DNA of 27,164 nucleotides from a virus (lineage: Duplodnaviria > Caudoviricetes). A model generated the notes under the pieces. That model ran no database searches, had not been told where the DNA came from, and saw only the letters and a list, made by a program, of their open reading frames with translations. Shown piece by piece: positions 25,401 through 27,164 of this stretch (the stretch's first letter is position 1; each line of letters begins with the position of its first letter). A program made the translations under genes and the position numbers. The stretch covers positions 1 through 27,164 of the IMG/VR virus record IMGVR_UViG_3300005512_000273. One strand, written 5' to 3'.

Positions 25401-27164
25401 AGCGTTTTAGCCTTGCAAGGAAGCAAAATAATATCCCCTAACCAATCAAGCGCACCGGGTGAAGGTGCGCAGTATCAGTTAGGCACACCCCTGACACCCA
25501 AAGACAAGCTAAGAGCAAATCGTCAAGCATACAAGGATAAACAAAATGACCTGCGTAACAGTAGACGGGATAAGGTTTCACCTGACACCCCAAGCACTAC
25601 AAGACAAAGATTTTATGCGGCGGTTAGGAGAGTCGGAGACCCGGGAAAAGCAAATCTTACACCCCCGTCAAACCGAAAAGAAAAAACCCTCATCAAGCTC
25701 GGAAAAGCACTCGGACTAAGAACATTTTTCTTTAAGACCACTGACACCCGTACCAAAGTGACCGGGTTTACCTACCCCGGCGCTGACGAACTGTTTCTTA
25801 ATAAATCAAGTGATTCACCTCTAATCGGTATCATGGGGCATGAGGTTGTCCACCAGATCCGGTCAAACCATCCTGACCTGTACGATTATCTTGTAAAAGA
25901 ATTCAAAGACAATAAGCAAGATTACTTCCTGTACGTTGCCAAAGAGCAGGTTAATCGTGAAATGGCAGGGATTGACAAGCTGACGGAAGACAAGATGCTT
26001 GAAGAGTTCCTTGGCGACTTTGCACATGACAGCTTCCAAAGAATAGAGTTCTGGGACAAGCTGAACAAGAAATCACCGTCTATGTTCAAGACCCTTGTTG
26101 ATATCATCAAGAAAGCGTTTGGGAAGGCAAGAGACATCCTCACGAGGGCAGAGCAGCACATTCTTGATATTGACAAGGCCCAGGATGCACTTGTGAATGT
26201 GATTGATGAGGCGATGCGGAGAAGTGGTGGCAAACAAAACAATGCAGAGGCGAACGCCCGGTATATGTTCGCCGGTCCAGAATCCAGAACAGCCGATAAA
26301 TCAAAAGCATTTGAAGCGCAGCAGATGCGTGATAACGGAGCATCCAGGACAAAGGTATGGAAAGATACCGGGTGGTGGGAGATCGTCCCAGGATCGGACG
26401 TCTGGAGCTTTGAAATAGATGATTCAAAGGTACAGTTAAAACCAATACCCGTAGAAGACGGCGAGCTATTGGCAGACGGGAAATTATCTGATTTGGTTCA
26501 AGCAGATGACCTGTTCAGATCGTATCCGTGGTTGAAGGATGTAAAGGCGCTGATTTCTGTTGATCCAGGGTTGAAGTCTGAGTCTGGGACATACAGGACC
26601 GATGAGGAGTTGAAAGACTTTCCAGGTGAACCCAATATTTATGTGAAGGCCAGGACTGAGGACCAGGCCAGAAGTATATTACTCCATGAGATTCAGCACA
26701 ATATCCAGGAGCATGAAGGGTTTGCGAGTGGTGGAAATCTCAACTCTATACCAGAAAAAGAGATGTTCGATGCTATGAGCGAGGCTGGGTTCCCAGGAGT
26801 CGAATATCCAGGCGGACCGCAGTGGTCAAGAAACGCTATCGCTATGAATTATTACAAAAAACTCACCGGCGAAGCCCAATCCCGTTTAACCCAGGCACGC
26901 CTTGACATGACAAAGGCTCAAAGAAAGCTGATACCGCCCTGGAAGACCCTTGAAAAGATGATGAAGGCTGAAGGCTTGTTGCAGGAAGGCCAGAAGCCGG
27001 AAGACGTGTTAATCAGCCGTGACGGTAACGGTGTGGCGATATCAGAAGATGGGCAGCAGAGAAACACCGATACCCCAGCTTTCAAGGAATGGTTTGGTGA
27101 TTCTGTTGTCACGGTTGATGGGAAGGCTGGGTCGGAGCCGTTAAAATTATACCATGGTAGCCCG
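19428..27164 (+). CDS. Giant polyvalent internal virion protein (>2579 aa, 3' end outside window)
   Basis: AAGGA then ATG 19428 (MPLFFEPVDHDPF); motifs checked are all in this frame: Gly-zipper near 19850-19960, InPase-like 21381-21830, ART-like YHGT 23937, HEVVH 25839, LPD23-like 26265, HEIQH 26685, ART-PolyVal start FKEWFGDS...YHGS at the end; absence from the ORF track is consistent with no stop in the window (not every codon was checked by hand). Confidence 0.85.
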   Translation, partial: MPLFFEPVDHDPFADDSAPANQTITLEKVGYNPFPEDEQPVEEESPTGAMGALYGGVKNTLRTMGTAIDVATGDDAGVMETARQSIAHPNMTPAQGDFRATLAEYGDPDGVWDAIKNVAKAAWEEPKGALHETLSQLPNSGVIIGSMSAGAGIGTMIGGPVGTLVGGIAGLFVGNSSIETGAIANEKAMEGEYDRGEAIAGGLVKGGVITAVDTATLGLTKWLTGTAGRATTQAVNRVLANKGVNIADKVAVKAALTDKVIFREAKEAGKIAAEQASKGVMPTLGHVGSFAGEVAGEGVGEHLGSTLAPGIEADLTDSVLESLMSGPQSIAEVGVGKSLNLLDKKPIDDAGNDLDPDKGFGGEDIGAQADQAPVLFEGIAEATSHLPAMEEEYSENIPFHVKNMNEINNQNIINATEFETELEPRDVQSRQANQAMIDQTNIPTNAGIDLLAKDIMQDKIARSETALNQRQQAMGRAGMYQFQQGMENQPGEMMPQDAATGYAPDAAEDRRQQVVGRSVQALDRRNQLMRQADQPVMQRAMEQQPDASSMPLPGDMPGFQRGMENNGDGGRYLPFAGLADMLPSEVTLADQDQSSYDDGIDVGAADFEPSSVRDNRKFQTALSDNFGNQDLPAEGITAMRPVFEHEVGPDEVNTEPTDAQKAAGNYKKSHIKIDGLDISIENPDGSTRKGKDKSGKEWESTMSGHYGYFRRSEGKDGDQVDVVVKPGTETSPQVFVVDQVDPETGKFDEHKVVMGTESEEEAKALYLSNYEDGWQGFGAITRMDQAEFKDWLKDGKRTKKPLGTPETKQPVSPPAVETADIIQTNKTDDGEVEFYITKSRVDGKYSVSMIDVDSRMNIGATRFKDEASARDHFKKQLDEYNNYNTPAASDTSATPGVTFSPGAKVSWTDKKGNEFSGKLTKKVKSNWFIDVGKAKPVLMPESKLAAVESEKEPELPTDPGFIPNVVGKNSRGEEIITYPVQPNKRWIEGENGSLSGTEALPEQLFKEGRTRFLTKEEQHTQAMLAQQKAESEVEAEKETPEPSTEGMSPELAYRTKYRHWVETGKKGNRPSVPGHLPIHAMENIQKSVERDLEYDRGKREENQAVKVFANNMVHQWEKDTGSPASEARKKDLEQTGKELARQIKERDFQALTDRMHRGNPESLRMFRTLTGESTQNADAIKANIRSLDPEEYDAWDKARKELAAKDQADKEEAEAKKAREEMLNRPVNERFSDETWGDWVTRLIEEGHELREEKRGFATVLTLSKGNNLYSFKTKQEQEYVQEQYDKLSSEKIRNELDAEEKDRQDNPDKYITDEQADELFGKKPKEETPQQAPTSDGEQIIPKETLAKARLEAKALYLSNYEDGWQGFGAITRMDQAEFKDWLKDGKRTKKPLGTPETKQPVSPPAVETADIIQTNKTDDGEVEFYITKSRVDGKYSVSMIDVDSRMNIGATRFKDEASARDHFKKQLDEYNNYNTPAASDTSAPMGVTLPGKVDDVKFQTAYHGTPHTWTPEPGFPNGRPRLDKIGTGEGAAAYGHGWYSADSEGVANTYQKSIKKSGWRDDVWEMAIQYLDEYASDLPIKNGQEIKDLAVETIEEVIANENNTGSIQFAKELLSVVSNMNPAKFSAKDGKVYYDGMAYEESVGNKTGYLSYGDIYKLDIPDEVIPKLLDWDKPLSEQSGYVKSALKNLNSDGRITNKTYDSWVNELYKKDKTGSALYTLLSTQIAASDGKNAHVGDDKAASEYLASIGIPGNKYLDGMSRGKGEGSYNYVLWDQAVLDQVALLERNGEKLEAIQAAYQTKLADTGEKGNIKSVTDKTGKADIPTVKNPQADGGKIIYAGTYGEPATEIIPYGTDLPGHRDNIFGGIFGTFNKHETGAHGNKVQTILSPNHITAENFRAQALGDDWGKTQEYIKDIFHYEELTDSEIEELADYIFEDKNLNDTDPDMGTERFSEIVLGDIQDWTLQGVKGEIARRFGYTSVGMKDEHGESVLALQGSKIISPNQSSAPGEGAQYQLGTPLTPKDKLRANRQAYKDKQNDLRNSRRDKVSPDTPSTTRQRFYAAVRRVGDPGKANLTPPSNRKEKTLIKLGKALGLRTFFFKTTDTRTKVTGFTYPGADELFLNKSSDSPLIGIMGHEVVHQIRSNHPDLYDYLVKEFKDNKQDYFLYVAKEQVNREMAGIDKLTEDKMLEEFLGDFAHDSFQRIEFWDKLNKKSPSMFKTLVDIIKKAFGKARDILTRAEQHILDIDKAQDALVNVIDEAMRRSGGKQNNAEANARYMFAGPESRTADKSKAFEAQQMRDNGASRTKVWKDTGWWEIVPGSDVWSFEIDDSKVQLKPIPVEDGELLADGKLSDLVQADDLFRSYPWLKDVKALISVDPGLKSESGTYRTDEELKDFPGEPNIYVKARTEDQARSILLHEIQHNIQEHEGFASGGNLNSIPEKEMFDAMSEAGFPGVEYPGGPQWSRNAIAMNYYKKLTGEAQSRLTQARLDMTKAQRKLIPPWKTLEKMMKAEGLLQEGQKPEDVLISRDGNGVAISEDGQQRNTDTPAFKEWFGDSVVTVDGKAGSEPLKLYHGSP
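21711..22106 (+). repeat. 396-bp direct repeat, copy 1
   Basis: No mismatch seen against 23487-23882 by manual comparison; offset 1776 nt (in frame). Confidence 0.92.
23487..23882 (+). repeat. 396-bp direct repeat, copy 2
   Basis: GCAAAGGCCCTGTACC...GACACAAGCGCA, same as 21711-22106. Confidence 0.92.

Noticed and set aside
23875-25470. CAAGCGCACCG at two apparent domain junctions, with hairpin GCGCACC/GGTGCGC at 25450-25470
   Set aside because: An 11-nt match is expected by chance in a gene of this size; not enough to claim a shuffling signal

Overview
The whole window is a co-directional (+ strand) virion morphogenesis module of a tailed, podovirus-like phage or prophage. Gene order: NrdR-like Zn-ribbon protein, small and large terminase, portal, small head-region genes, scaffold, major capsid protein (MCP), decoration-like protein, two adaptor-like proteins, nozzle-like tail protein, DUF1983-type tail fibre with chaperone, GNAT-like genes, three candidate ejection proteins, and a giant polyvalent protein (>2579 aa, runs off the window and is absent from the ORF track). 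The main hidden structure is that the MCP gene is split into three exons (6686-6773, 7775-7845, 8157-8960; 320 aa spliced) by two structurally different group I introns only 71 nt apart. Intron 1 carries a two-motif LAGLIDADG endonuclease whose ORF runs through the ribozyme core and has no stop codon inside the intron. It stops in exon 2 in the precursor, and joining the intron ends into a full-length circle would create an in-frame TGA. Other notable items: a 396-bp in-frame duplication in the giant gene, a frameshifted chimeric GNAT/tail-fibre relic, a repeated RNA motif upstream of the scaffold gene, and an unexplained 20-bp direct repeat. All calls come from reading motifs by eye; no searches were run.
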